A stretch of DNA of 64,000 nucleotides. It comes from Bacillota bacterium. Its GTDB lineage: Bacteria; Bacillota; Desulfotomaculia; Desulfotomaculales; Nap2-2B. The position numbers and the translations under genes are program-made. Position 1 is the first letter of the stretch; every line of letters begins with the position of its first letter. Below are positions 26,787 through 35,425 of this stretch, one piece after another. A model generated the notes under the pieces. It worked only from the letters and a program-made list of their open reading frames with translations. It made no database searches and had not been told where the DNA came from. The stretch covers positions 3,041 to 67,040 of the forward strand of contig JBFLZY010000007.1 of assembly GCA_040755975.1 (NCBI GenBank), in the 5' to 3' direction.

Positions 26787-28124
26787 ATGAAAAAATTTAA
26801 GTACGTAACTCTTTTTTTCATACTTTTTTTCATCATTGCTACAGGGGTTCTTGTTTTGGGCCCTACTGGAGTTAACTGTTCTTCTTTGCCTGAAGAGGAA
26901 GTAGTAATTCTTACCGTCGACGGGCCTATCGTGCCGGTAGTGGCCAGTTATCTTGGGCGGGGAATTAACCTTGCGGAACAGGAGAAAGCGGCCGCCTGCG
27001 TTATTTGCCTGAATACGCCCGGCGGACTGTACAAGTCCACCCAGGAAATTGTCGGCCGGATTTTAAACGCCCGGGTGCCGGTGGTTGTTTACGTTTCTCC
27101 GCAGGGGGGCTGGGCCGGCTCGGCGGGCACTTTTATCACCGTCGCCAGCCACTACGCAGCGATGGCGCCCGGCAGCAGGATCGGGGCGGCCCACCCCGTT
27201 TCGATTGGTCCCGGTACGGATGAGAAAACGAACGTTCCCGGCGAAAAAATTACCGAGGACGCCGCCGCCTGGATTCGCTCCTTAGCTCAACTCCGCGGTA
27301 GAAATGCGGAAGCCGCGGAGCTGGCCGTACGGGAAAGCAAGTCTTATTCCGACCAGGAAGCGTTGGCGAAAAAACTTATTGATGCCCGGGCGCGGGATCT
27401 AAATGAACTCCTGGAAAAGCTGCAAGGCAAAGAAATTGTCTTGCAGGATGGCCGGAAAGTCGTTCTCAACACGCAAAATGCTCCCCACCGCCGGTTGGAT
27501 ATGAATTTGCGGGAAAAAATCTTGGCTGCTTTGAGCAATCCGGAGGTAGCCTACCTGCTCTTTACTTTAGGGATGATCGGGATTATTGCGGAAATCTATC
27601 ACCCCGGCGCGATTTTCCCCGGCGTCCTCGGCGGGCTTTGTTTTTTGCTCGGACTTTACGGTTTGGGCAACCTGGACGCTTACTGGGGAGGCATTTTGCT
27701 CCTTATCCTGGCTTTCGGCCTGTTTATTGCCGAAACCTTTGTGGTCAGCCACGGCCTGCTGGGAACGGGCGGCCTGGTTGCCTTTGTGCTGGGTTCCCTT
27801 CTCCTTTTTACGGGCAGCGGGCCGGGCATGCAGATCAGTCCCTGGTTAATCGCTCTTTTGGCTGTTCTGTTTGCAGCGTTGCTTGCCTTGCTGGTTTTTG
27901 TAATTGTCCGCGGCCAGACGCGAAGAGTAATTACCGGGCAGGAAGGATTAATCGGTCAGCCGGCGGTGGCGCGCACCCCTTTAAATCCGAAAGGAACCGT
28001 TTTTTGCGCCGGAAGTTTATGGAGCGCCATTTCGGAAGAAGGGCAGGTGGGGGAAGGGGAGGAAGTGGTGATCACGGGAGTTGAAGGTTTAAAATTGCGG
28101 GTTAAAAAGAAAAAAGAGGGGTAA
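26787..28124 (+). CDS. NfeD-family membrane-bound ClpP-class serine protease
   Basis: 445 aa. The N-terminal ClpP-like domain (LNTPGGL, GWAGSAGTFI) is followed by multiple TM helices and a C-terminal NfeD OB-fold (GTVFCAGSLWSAISEE...VVITGVEGLKLRV). Confidence 0.85.
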   Translation: MKKFKYVTLFFILFFIIATGVLVLGPTGVNCSSLPEEEVVILTVDGPIVPVVASYLGRGINLAEQEKAAACVICLNTPGGLYKSTQEIVGRILNARVPVVVYVSPQGGWAGSAGTFITVASHYAAMAPGSRIGAAHPVSIGPGTDEKTNVPGEKITEDAAAWIRSLAQLRGRNAEAAELAVRESKSYSDQEALAKKLIDARARDLNELLEKLQGKEIVLQDGRKVVLNTQNAPHRRLDMNLREKILAALSNPEVAYLLFTLGMIGIIAEIYHPGAIFPGVLGGLCFLLGLYGLGNLDAYWGGILLLILAFGLFIAETFVVSHGLLGTGGLVAFVLGSLLLFTGSGPGMQISPWLIALLAVLFAALLALLVFVIVRGQTRRVITGQEGLIGQPAVARTPLNPKGTVFCAGSLWSAISEEGQVGEGEEVVITGVEGLKLRVKKKKEG

Positions 28125-28319
28125 TTTAGGAAAAAGAGGGCATCAGGGAAGGGAGGCGCCAGGTCGTTGGGGCACGAGCACTTTTTGTTTGAAGACCTTA
28201 AATAACAATAATTACCAAGTCACCGGGGTAAAAGGAGCAGGGTGAAATAAGGCGCAAGTTCGTGGCGACGGGAGCCTGGCCGTTAAAAAGCAATTGATTT
28301 AAAAAGGAGGCTATCTAAC

Positions 28320-29102
28320 TTGGGATTTTTTACCTTATCAATTCTTGTGTTGATTATTATAATCTTAATTTCTTCCTCGATCCGCATTGTTCAGGAGTAC
28401 GAGCGCGGCGTGATCTTTCGCCTGGGCCGCGTTGTCGGAGCCCGCGGGCCGGGGTTGATTTTGCTCATTCCGATCATTGAACGTATGCAAAAAGTTGACT
28501 TGCGGGTCATTACAATGGACGTTCCGGCCCAGGAAACGATCACCAATGACAACGTGACCATCAAGGTAAACGCCATCGTTTATTTCCAGGTAATCAACCC
28601 CGTCCAGGCGGTTGTGAACGTGCTGGATTACATCCGGGCCACGTCCCAGCTTTCGCAAACTACCTTGCGCAGTATTGTGGGCCAGTCCCAGCTGGATGAG
28701 ATCCTGGCCAAGCGGGAAGAAATCAACCAGCGCCTGCAAAAAGCCATTGACGAAGGCACAGAGCCCTGGGGAATTAAAGTAAGCCTGGTGGAAATTCGGG
28801 ATCTGGAATTGCCGTCCTCCATGCAGCGGGCCATGGCTGCTCAGGCGGAAGCCGAGCGGGAACGGCGGGCGAAGATCATCCACGCCGATGGCGAGTACCA
28901 GGCTGCTGAGAGACTGGCGGAAGCAGCCAGGATCATTACCCAGGTCCCCGCTGCGCTGCAGCTGCGCTACCTGCAGACGATCCGGGAAATTACCACGGAT
29001 AAAGCAAGCACCATTATCTTTCCGCTGCCCATGGATCTGATTATGCCGCTGTTAAAAATGGCGCAAAAGGAGGACCGGCCGAAAACGCCCGGGGAAGGGT
29101 AA
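28320..29102 (+). CDS. SPFH/band-7 (stomatin-like) protein
   Basis: An N-terminal TM helix is followed by [17 protein letters not shown]... and the ...[19 protein letters not shown] stomatin signature. Confidence 0.9.
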   Translation: MGFFTLSILVLIIIILISSSIRIVQEYERGVIFRLGRVVGARGPGLILLIPIIERMQKVDLRVITMDVPAQETITNDNVTIKVNAIVYFQVINPVQAVVNVLDYIRATSQLSQTTLRSIVGQSQLDEILAKREEINQRLQKAIDEGTEPWGIKVSLVEIRDLELPSSMQRAMAAQAEAERERRAKIIHADGEYQAAERLAEAARIITQVPAALQLRYLQTIREITTDKASTIIFPLPMDLIMPLLKMAQKEDRPKTPGEG

Positions 29103-29148
29103 CCTGGCGGGTGCGTAAAAAAATCTCAGCCGGAAAGTAATTTTTAAC

Positions 29149-29177
29149 TTGATCATCTCCCAAATTTATGTTATAAG
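29149..29177 (+). promoter_or_regulatory. Sigma-A type promoter of cbiM
   Basis: TTGATC (29149-54), 17 nt, TATAAG (29172-77), with an upstream TG (extended -10). Confidence 0.5.
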
Positions 29178-29183
29178 ATATTT

Positions 29184-29325
29184 ATAGTAAGGGCGGTATC
29201 TTGGAGGTACCCGTAAAAAGTATTTTTCTAAAGTACCCGGAAAAGGTTGCTGTGGAAGGGTTGCTGGCGGAATTGACCATGGAGGTCTTGCTCCGGCAAG
29301 AGCGGGGCGCTTCATGGTTTTTTTA
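29184..29325 (+). promoter_or_regulatory. Structured 5' leader with an intrinsic terminator upstream of cbiM (candidate riboswitch/attenuator, class not recognised)
   Basis: AGGGCGGTATC..GGTACC[loop]GTACC-CGGAAAAGG, then terminator ACCATGGAGG...CTTCATGGT (29276-29318) plus a T7 run. It is homologous to the leader at 32226-32365. Confidence 0.45.
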
Positions 29326-29361
29326 TTTTCTTGCCAAAAAAATTTAGGAGGTGTTTTTTCA

Positions 29362-30000
29362 ATGCATATTCCCGATGGGTTTCTTACCCCGGGAGTTTGG
29401 GCCGGGGCGAGTGTATTAAGCGCCGGGGCACTGGCCGGGGCGGTGGCAAAAACCAGAGAAACCCTCCAGGACAGGCAGGTGCCAACCCTGGGGGTGGCGG
29501 CGGCGTTTATCTTTGCCGCGCAGATGATTAATTTTCCGGTCGCCGGCGGAACTTCCGGCCACCTTTTGGGCGGCGCCCTCGCGGCGATTTTGTTGGGACC
29601 GTGGAACGCCTTTTTGGTGATGACGACAGTCCTGGTCATCCAGTGTCTTTTCTTTTCTGACGGGGGATTGACGGCTTTGGGCGCCAATGTGTTGAATATG
29701 GCGGTGATCGCTCCCTGGGTGGCTTACGTTATGGCCAGGTTGTTTAAAGGAGCGGAGGGAAACAAAGCCATCCGGTCGACGGCCATTTTTTTCGCTTCCT
29801 GGTCTTCCGTAATGGCGGCGGCGCTGGCCTGCGCTGTCGAGATTGTTTTGTCCGGAAGCGTGCCCTGGCAGGTGGCCCTGCCCGCCATGGCCGGCTGGCA
29901 CGCTTTAATCGGCATTGGCGAAGGATTGATTACAACGGTGGTAGTGGCTTTTGTCAGACAGCACTGGTCCCTGCCGCAGGGGGTGAGTTTTGGTGAATAA
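29362..30000 (+). CDS. cbiM: ECF-type cobalt/nickel transporter substrate-capture component CbiM/NikM
   Basis: The N-terminus MHIPDGFL is the hallmark of CbiM. Track ORF 29314..30000; ATG at 29362 follows AGGAGGTG. Confidence 0.9.
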   Translation: MHIPDGFLTPGVWAGASVLSAGALAGAVAKTRETLQDRQVPTLGVAAAFIFAAQMINFPVAGGTSGHLLGGALAAILLGPWNAFLVMTTVLVIQCLFFSDGGLTALGANVLNMAVIAPWVAYVMARLFKGAEGNKAIRSTAIFFASWSSVMAAALACAVEIVLSGSVPWQVALPAMAGWHALIGIGEGLITTVVVAFVRQHWSLPQGVSFGE

Positions 30001-30319
30001 AAAACGCCTAGTGGTGGGTCTTTTGATTGCCTTGGCAATTGCGGCGCTTTTATCGCCGTTTGCTTCTCCCAACCCCGATGGTTTGGAAAAGGTGGCCGAA
30101 GACAAAGGGTTTTTACACCTGGCGGAAGGGGTGGAATTGATTAAAACGTGGATGCCGGACTATGTTTTCCCCGGCATCGCCAGCGAACCTTTGGCTACCT
30201 CCCTGGCCGGCTTAACCGGAACCCTGCTGGTTTTTGGATTTGCTTATTCCTTTGGCGTGATTCTGGCCAGGCGGAGAAAAGCGCCGGTTTCCGGGCAGGC
30301 CGGGCAGAAAACTAAATAA
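29990..30319 (+). CDS. PDGLE-domain membrane protein (CbiN/NikN-like accessory component)
   Basis: Contains SPNPDGLEKVAED flanked by two TM helices. It overlaps the cbiM stop. Confidence 0.7.
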   Translation: MVNKKRLVVGLLIALAIAALLSPFASPNPDGLEKVAEDKGFLHLAEGVELIKTWMPDYVFPGIASEPLATSLAGLTGTLLVFGFAYSFGVILARRRKAPVSGQAGQKTK

Positions 30320-30354
30320 AGTGTCTGATCCAAGAATTCAATAGCTAAAAAATT

Positions 30355-30398
30355 TATCGCCTTTTAGGCTGGCAGGCGGTAAATTTTTTTGTTTTTTT
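30355..30398 (+). terminator. Rho-independent terminator after the cbiM-PDGLE pair
   Basis: TATCGCC (30355-61) pairs with GGCGGTA (30375-81), followed by AATTTTTTTGTTTTTTT. Confidence 0.5.
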
Positions 30399-30469
30399 GT
30401 CGATAAAAAATTTTGTAAGGAAATATCCCTGGCTGGAGAATTAACCCCTGAATAATGAGGAGTGGTCTG

Positions 30470-32107
30470 ATGAAAATCCGCGGGAAAATACTTGCAGGAT
30501 ACTTGATCGTGCTCGTTGTCTTTGCTGTTGCCACTGGCGTACAGGTTTACCAGATGCGCCAGGCCAAGACCAATTACGAGCGAATTATCCAGCGGGAGGT
30601 TTTTAAGGCCGCAGAAGCCCAAAAGTTCCTGTTGCTTTTTGAAAGGTTACCCATTATTTTTCAGAGTTACCTGCTGACGGGCAACGAAAGCGAATTTAAA
30701 GATTACAGCAACCGGAGCGCAGAGGCGGTGCTGCAACTGCAAAAATTAAAGGATCTTGGCGATTCCGACCAAGAGAAGGAACTGATCAAAGAGATCCAGC
30801 ACAAGTTTGAAGATTACCGCACGGTGGCCGGCTTTTTAACGACCCTGAAAAACCAGGCCATCGGTTTCGAGACCGAGTTGAAAACTGTGCCTGAGGGTGA
30901 CATGAAAAGAAGAATGGAACTGCTCGGGCAAATTGATACATTTCAAAAGGAAATCTCCTCCTACCTTTCCGAAAAACATGGGGTGATTGAGGCGGCCATT
31001 AAGGCGGGCCAGGATTTTGTAAATGCACAGGAGAATGCTCTCCAAACCGCCGTCGAAAATAACCGCAACCTGGTTAAAAATATCGAAATGTTGAATTATA
31101 TAGCCGTTTGTGTAGCATTCATTTTAGGCATAATCATCGCCTTTTATATGGGAAACCTGGTGGCGAAGCCACTACAGATGGTGGAAAAGGGCGTCTCCCG
31201 GATTGCGGGGGGCGATCTGGCGGTGGCCGATATAAAGAGCGCTTCCCGGGACGAAGTTGGCTCGCTGGCACTTTCTTTTAACCAGATGAAGGGGAGCCTG
31301 CGGGAAATCGTCCAGAAGGTGGCCGAGGGGGCGCGTTCGGTTTTTCACGCCGCCAGCCAGCTGTCCGAAAGCGCCCAGCAAACTACCCAGGGAGCTACCG
31401 CCACAGCTTCGGCGATATCGGAAATTGCCGCCGCCGTTGAAGACGGGGCAAGCAACGCCGGGCAGGTGGCGCAGGCTGCCGAAAAAGCAGCCGGCCTGGC
31501 CGGGGAGGGGAACGTAAAAGTGGAGAGATTAATTGCCCAGATGGGCAGCATCGAAGCAGCGGCCAACCAGGTAGCCAGGGCCATTACCGAACTTGGCGAA
31601 ACTTCCCAGGAAATTACCCAAATTGTCGAGATGATTACCAATATAGCCGAGCAGACGAATCTTTTGGCCCTTAATGCCGCCATCGAAGCTGCCAGGGCGG
31701 GCGAGCAGGGCCGCGGCTTTGCCGTGGTGGCCGAAGAGGTAAGAAAATTGGCCGAACAATCGGGCGACGCCGCGAAAGATATCTACCAGTTGGTTCAACG
31801 AATCCAGGAAAAAGCTTCCGGAGCCGTTTCCAGCATGGAGGAAAGCACCCAGCAGGTTCATGCCGGCAGTTTTATCGTCAAAGAGGTGGGGGAACTTTTT
31901 ACGGACATCATTCAAACGGTCCGGGAGTTAAGCACCCAGATCCAGGAAGTAGCGGCAACCGCCCAGCAAATAGCCAGCGGCGTGGAAAACGTGGCCGGGA
32001 CCGCCGAAGAACAAACGGCGGCCATGGAAGAGGTATCCGCCTCCGCGGAAAGCCTGCAAAGACTGGCCGCCGAACTGGAGGAGGTTGCCGCCAGGTTTAA
32101 ACTTTAA
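30470..32107 (+). CDS. Methyl-accepting chemotaxis protein
   Basis: The order is TM helix, periplasmic helical sensor, second TM helix, HAMP, then the highly conserved signalling domain ([38 protein letters not shown]). Track ORF starts at 30455; ATG at 30470 is 7 nt after GAGGAG. Confidence 0.9.
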   Translation: MKIRGKILAGYLIVLVVFAVATGVQVYQMRQAKTNYERIIQREVFKAAEAQKFLLLFERLPIIFQSYLLTGNESEFKDYSNRSAEAVLQLQKLKDLGDSDQEKELIKEIQHKFEDYRTVAGFLTTLKNQAIGFETELKTVPEGDMKRRMELLGQIDTFQKEISSYLSEKHGVIEAAIKAGQDFVNAQENALQTAVENNRNLVKNIEMLNYIAVCVAFILGIIIAFYMGNLVAKPLQMVEKGVSRIAGGDLAVADIKSASRDEVGSLALSFNQMKGSLREIVQKVAEGARSVFHAASQLSESAQQTTQGATATASAISEIAAAVEDGASNAGQVAQAAEKAAGLAGEGNVKVERLIAQMGSIEAAANQVARAITELGETSQEITQIVEMITNIAEQTNLLALNAAIEAARAGEQGRGFAVVAEEVRKLAEQSGDAAKDIYQLVQRIQEKASGAVSSMEESTQQVHAGSFIVKEVGELFTDIIQTVRELSTQIQEVAATAQQIASGVENVAGTAEEQTAAMEEVSASAESLQRLAAELEEVAARFKL

Positions 32108-32190
32108 ATTTAAGGCAGTCCGGAGAAAAAGGCGCATAGCGTAAAATTGTTTTGCCAGCGGTACGGGGGAAAATATTTTTCGGCGAGATC

Positions 32191-32219
32191 TTGCTTTTTA
32201 GCTAAAATACTTATATAAT
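32191..32219 (+). promoter_or_regulatory. Sigma-A type promoter of cbiQ-cbiO
   Basis: TTGCTT (32191-96), 17 nt, TATAAT (32214-19). Confidence 0.55.
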
Positions 32220-32225
32220 TTTACT

Positions 32226-32365
32226 GACTTTAATTAAATTATGCCTAAACCCGGGCGGCGATCAAGGAATCACGGAGATTCCACGGGAAGGATTTGAGCT
32301 AAGGTCATGGAGGCCTGTTTACCTTCATTACGATTATGGGGCAGGTCCTATGGCTTTTTTGTTTT
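32226..32365 (+). promoter_or_regulatory. Structured 5' leader with an intrinsic terminator upstream of cbiQ (paralogue of the cbiM leader)
   Basis: CCGGGCGGCGATC..GGAATC[acgga]GATTCC-ACGGGAAGG, then GTCATGGAGGCCTG (32304-17) pairing with CAGGTCCTATGGC (32342-54), plus TTTTTTGTTTT. Confidence 0.45.
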
Positions 32366-32381
32366 GGCCAGTTAAGGGAGG

Positions 32382-33194
32382 GTGGGTTCTTTGGATCGCT
32401 TTTTCGCACCCGCGGGTTTTCCGGGTTCAGCATTACACCGTCTGGACCCCCGGGTTAAAACGGTGAGCATCTTAGGTTTTGTCGCCCTCGTTTCAACGCT
32501 ATCTGCGTGGCCGGCGCTGCTCCTGGCAGCTTTGTTTCCGATCGTTCTGGGCGCAATGGCCGGGTTGAGCCCCCTTTACTTCGGGCGGCGGGTGTTATGG
32601 ATTTTACCTTTTGCGGGCGCGCTGGCCGCCGTTCTTCCTTTCGCCGTCCGGGGAGAAATCCTGGCCGGGTTTAAGGTGGGGACGTTAGTTGTAGTCCTTA
32701 GCAAAGAAGGATTGGGTCAGGCCATGGTCCTGGTTTTGCGCGCGCTGGCCGCCGTTTTGGCCTTAAATTTGCTCACCGCCACAACCGGTCTGCGCGGTTT
32801 GCTGAGGGCTTTTCGGGAGTTGCACGTTCCCTTGATTTTCGTGCAGTTAATCGAATTTACCGTCCGCTACATATTTGTGCTCACCGACGAAATCCAGCGC
32901 ATGAGCCTGGCCCGCCGGGCGCGGGCCTTCCGGGCAGGAAAAAGCCTGCTGCATAAAAGGACCTTCCTTACCGTGGGGCAATTGTTAGGAGTGCTTTTTC
33001 TACGCTCGGCGGAACGAGGGGAGCGGATCTATTTTGCCATGCTCTCCAGAGGGCTTGGCAACCCGCCCGGGCGAAACGAGAGGAGGTTGCCGCCCACCCG
33101 CGATTTAGGCTGGGGTGCCTGGATCATTAGCTTTGCCCTGGCGTTGCGTTTGTTAGAACCGGGAGGTATATTATGGCAAACATTATTGAAGTAG
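32382..33194 (+). CDS. cbiQ: ECF transporter transmembrane (T) component CbiQ
   Basis: Polytopic membrane protein with a conserved ...ARRARAF... region. The start is GTG at 32382, or more likely TTG at 32391 (9 nt after GGAGG). Confidence 0.85.
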   Translation: MGSLDRFFAPAGFPGSALHRLDPRVKTVSILGFVALVSTLSAWPALLLAALFPIVLGAMAGLSPLYFGRRVLWILPFAGALAAVLPFAVRGEILAGFKVGTLVVVLSKEGLGQAMVLVLRALAAVLALNLLTATTGLRGLLRAFRELHVPLIFVQLIEFTVRYIFVLTDEIQRMSLARRARAFRAGKSLLHKRTFLTVGQLLGVLFLRSAERGERIYFAMLSRGLGNPPGRNERRLPPTRDLGWGAWIISFALALRLLEPGGILWQTLLK

Positions 33195-34012
33195 AAGATC
33201 TGCATTTTCGTTACCGGGACGGAACGGAGGCCCTCAGGGGCCTTTCTTTATCGATCCAAAAGGGTTCGCGGGTGGCCATTTTAGGGCCTAACGGCGCCGG
33301 CAAATCCACTTTGTTGCTCCATTTCAACGGAATTTACCTGCCCGAACGCGGGAAAGTGCGCATCCTGGGAAGAGAAGTAACGGCCAAAACGGAAAAGTGG
33401 GTGAAAAGTAAAGTGGGCCTGGTTTTCCAGGACCCCGACGACCAGGTATTCTCTTCGTCCGTTTGGGAGGACGTGTCCTTTGGCCCTTTGAACATGAATT
33501 TGCCGCCCGCGGAAGTTGCGGCCAGGGTAGAAAAAGCACTGCAGGCCGTGCAAATGGAAGAGTATAAAAATAAAGCTCCTTATCATTTAAGTTACGGACA
33601 GAAGAAAAGGGTGGCCATCGCCGGCGTGCTGGCTATGGAGCCGGAAATTATTGTGCTCGACGAGCCGATGGGTTATCTGGACCCACAGGGCAAGGAAAAT
33701 CTTCTGGGTATTTTAAACTATTTGCACCAGCGGGAGATTACCATCGTCGTGGCCACTCACGATGTAGATCTGGTTGCCGAGTGGGCCGATAGGGTGATTG
33801 TAATCAAAAATGGCCGTACCCTGGCGGAAGGGGACCCCTCTCTGCTTGCTGATGAGGATCTGGTCGGGGCGGCCCACTTACGCTTCCCGGTGGTGGTGGA
33901 AATTTTCCGCCGCCTTCCGGAATTAAACTTGCCCCGGTTGCCAAAAACGATTGCCGAAGCAGTCGAAATAATCAAAACCATTAAGCAAAACGGCGTCTCT
34001 GTATTTAAATAG
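33173..34012 (+). CDS. cbiO: ECF transporter ATPase CbiO
   Basis: Walker A GPNGAGKST, signature LSYGQKKRV, Walker B IIVLDEP. It overlaps the cbiQ end. Confidence 0.92.
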   Translation: MANIIEVEDLHFRYRDGTEALRGLSLSIQKGSRVAILGPNGAGKSTLLLHFNGIYLPERGKVRILGREVTAKTEKWVKSKVGLVFQDPDDQVFSSSVWEDVSFGPLNMNLPPAEVAARVEKALQAVQMEEYKNKAPYHLSYGQKKRVAIAGVLAMEPEIIVLDEPMGYLDPQGKENLLGILNYLHQREITIVVATHDVDLVAEWADRVIVIKNGRTLAEGDPSLLADEDLVGAAHLRFPVVVEIFRRLPELNLPRLPKTIAEAVEIIKTIKQNGVSVFK

Positions 34013-34110
34013 CTGGTTAAAAAATAACTAAATATTAAATCTCAAATGTTGTTTTTTTCGGGCAGGAGTGTTATACTCTGATCGATAGTTTAGCCAAACA
34101 ACCAGTCAAA

Positions 34111-34441
34111 GTGTCTGGTTACCAAGGAGTTGCTCATGGGAACGTACGTTTCCACCATAAGGAACTGAAAAACCACCGGCTTACCGTCCGTTTTGCCAGG
34201 AGCGACATATGCGAAGGGCCGGTAACGAGACACGGCGCAGGTGAGGTAAGCGAACCGGCAGTGCGAAACGCGCAGATACCACTAAGCAAAAATGCTAACA
34301 ATAATCGCTGGTTAGACCGGCATAGCTAAAAAACTAACGTTTCATGCGCATTTTGCAGCGCGTGCCTGGTTCGCTCCGAACCAAGCAGCTGTCTCGTCGG
34401 CCCCAAGCATCGGAGCGACGGCAAACGGACGGCAAGCCGGG
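34111..34441 (+). ncRNA. Large structured intergenic element, copy R1 (candidate novel RNA or repeat)
   Basis: A 456-nt gap with no credible ORF. Long-range helices: CCGGCTTACCGTCCGTTTTGCC (34176-97) with GGCAAACGGACGGCAAGCCGG (34420-40); GTGTCTGGTTACC (34111-23) with GGTAACGAGACAC (34220-32). The core at 34250-34374 is closed by GCGAACCGGCA/TGCCTGGTTCGC and is about 85% identical (by eye) to 44409-44532. Confidence 0.5.
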
Positions 34442-34468
34442 ATCTATTTTCGAGGGAGGAAGACCAGC

Positions 34469-35425
34469 TTGCTGCCTGTTCACCATATCTCTTTGCCGAC
34501 CCCTTATCCGGTCGGGCCAGTCAACGTGTACCTGATTTTATCCCAGCCGTACACTTTGGTGGATGCCGGGCCGGACACCAGCGAAGCGCGGGCAATGTTA
34601 AAAGATGCGCTGGCGGAGCGGGGCTTGTCGCTTACCGAACTGAAAAGGGTGGTTTTAACTCATTCCCATGCCGATCACAGCGGCCTTGCCGGGTGGTTGC
34701 ACGAAGTGTCCGGTGCGCAGGTGTTCGTTCACCCCATTGAGCTGAACAGGCTGATCAGGCCGCAGAATTTCTTTGCCGAAAGGCTCGCTTTTTTATACGA
34801 AACGGGTTCTCCCCAGGCGATCGTTGAGCAAATGATCAAGGCGCGGAATAAATTACCAATGCCCAGCATCCCGGAGGGTTGCGCGGTTGAGCTCAACGGC
34901 GGGGAAGAACTGCTTTTCGCGGACGGTTTTTTACAGGTTTACCACCTGCCGGGCCATGCGCCGGGGCACCTCTGCCTTTACGATCCCGGGGAAGACAACT
35001 TTTTTTCGGGCGATTTTCTCTTGCCCCACATTACCCCCAACCCGCTGGTGGAATTCGAGCCAGACTGCCCCGGCAAGCGCATGCATACCTTAAGTATTTA
35101 CCTGGAGGGTCTAAACAAGGTAAATGCTCTGGAAATAAAAAGCGTGTGGCCGGGTCACGGGGAAGTTTTTACCGATCACCGGAAATTGATCGCCAGTTAT
35201 TACGCGCATCACGAAAACCGGTTGCAGCACCTCCTGGCGATGCTCCGAAAACATGGCGAACTGACCGTTTTTAAGCTTAGCCGCCTGGTTTATCCGGGTC
35301 TGAACGGTTTTGATATTTTTCTTGGCCTGTCGGAAATCCAGGCCCACCTGGATGTTCTGGAAGAGCGCGGGTTAATTATTGCGCGCGAGCAGGAAAAGGT
35401 GTTTTATTACCGTGCGTTGGCTTAA
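34469..35425 (+). CDS. MBL-fold metallo-hydrolase
   Basis: HxHxDH motif in LTHSHADHSG. TTG start after GAGGGAGGA. Confidence 0.85.
   Translation: MLPVHHISLPTPYPVGPVNVYLILSQPYTLVDAGPDTSEARAMLKDALAERGLSLTELKRVVLTHSHADHSGLAGWLHEVSGAQVFVHPIELNRLIRPQNFFAERLAFLYETGSPQAIVEQMIKARNKLPMPSIPEGCAVELNGGEELLFADGFLQVYHLPGHAPGHLCLYDPGEDNFFSGDFLLPHITPNPLVEFEPDCPGKRMHTLSIYLEGLNKVNALEIKSVWPGHGEVFTDHRKLIASYYAHHENRLQHLLAMLRKHGELTVFKLSRLVYPGLNGFDIFLGLSEIQAHLDVLEERGLIIAREQEKVFYYRALA

Noticed and set aside
29184-29325. Cobalamin riboswitch upstream of cbiM (also checked upstream of the B12-dependent mutase at 50421-50633)
   Set aside because: I found no B12 box (AGYCMGGAGACCKGCC-like) or GCCACTG core by eye, and the leaders are too short. 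They are kept only as unclassified leaders.
34111-34535. Track ORFs 34111..34329 and 34344..34535 inside the cbiO-MBL spacer
   Set aside because: They have no RBS and odd composition. They overlap the conserved, helix-forming R1 element, whose R2 homologue does not preserve either reading frame.
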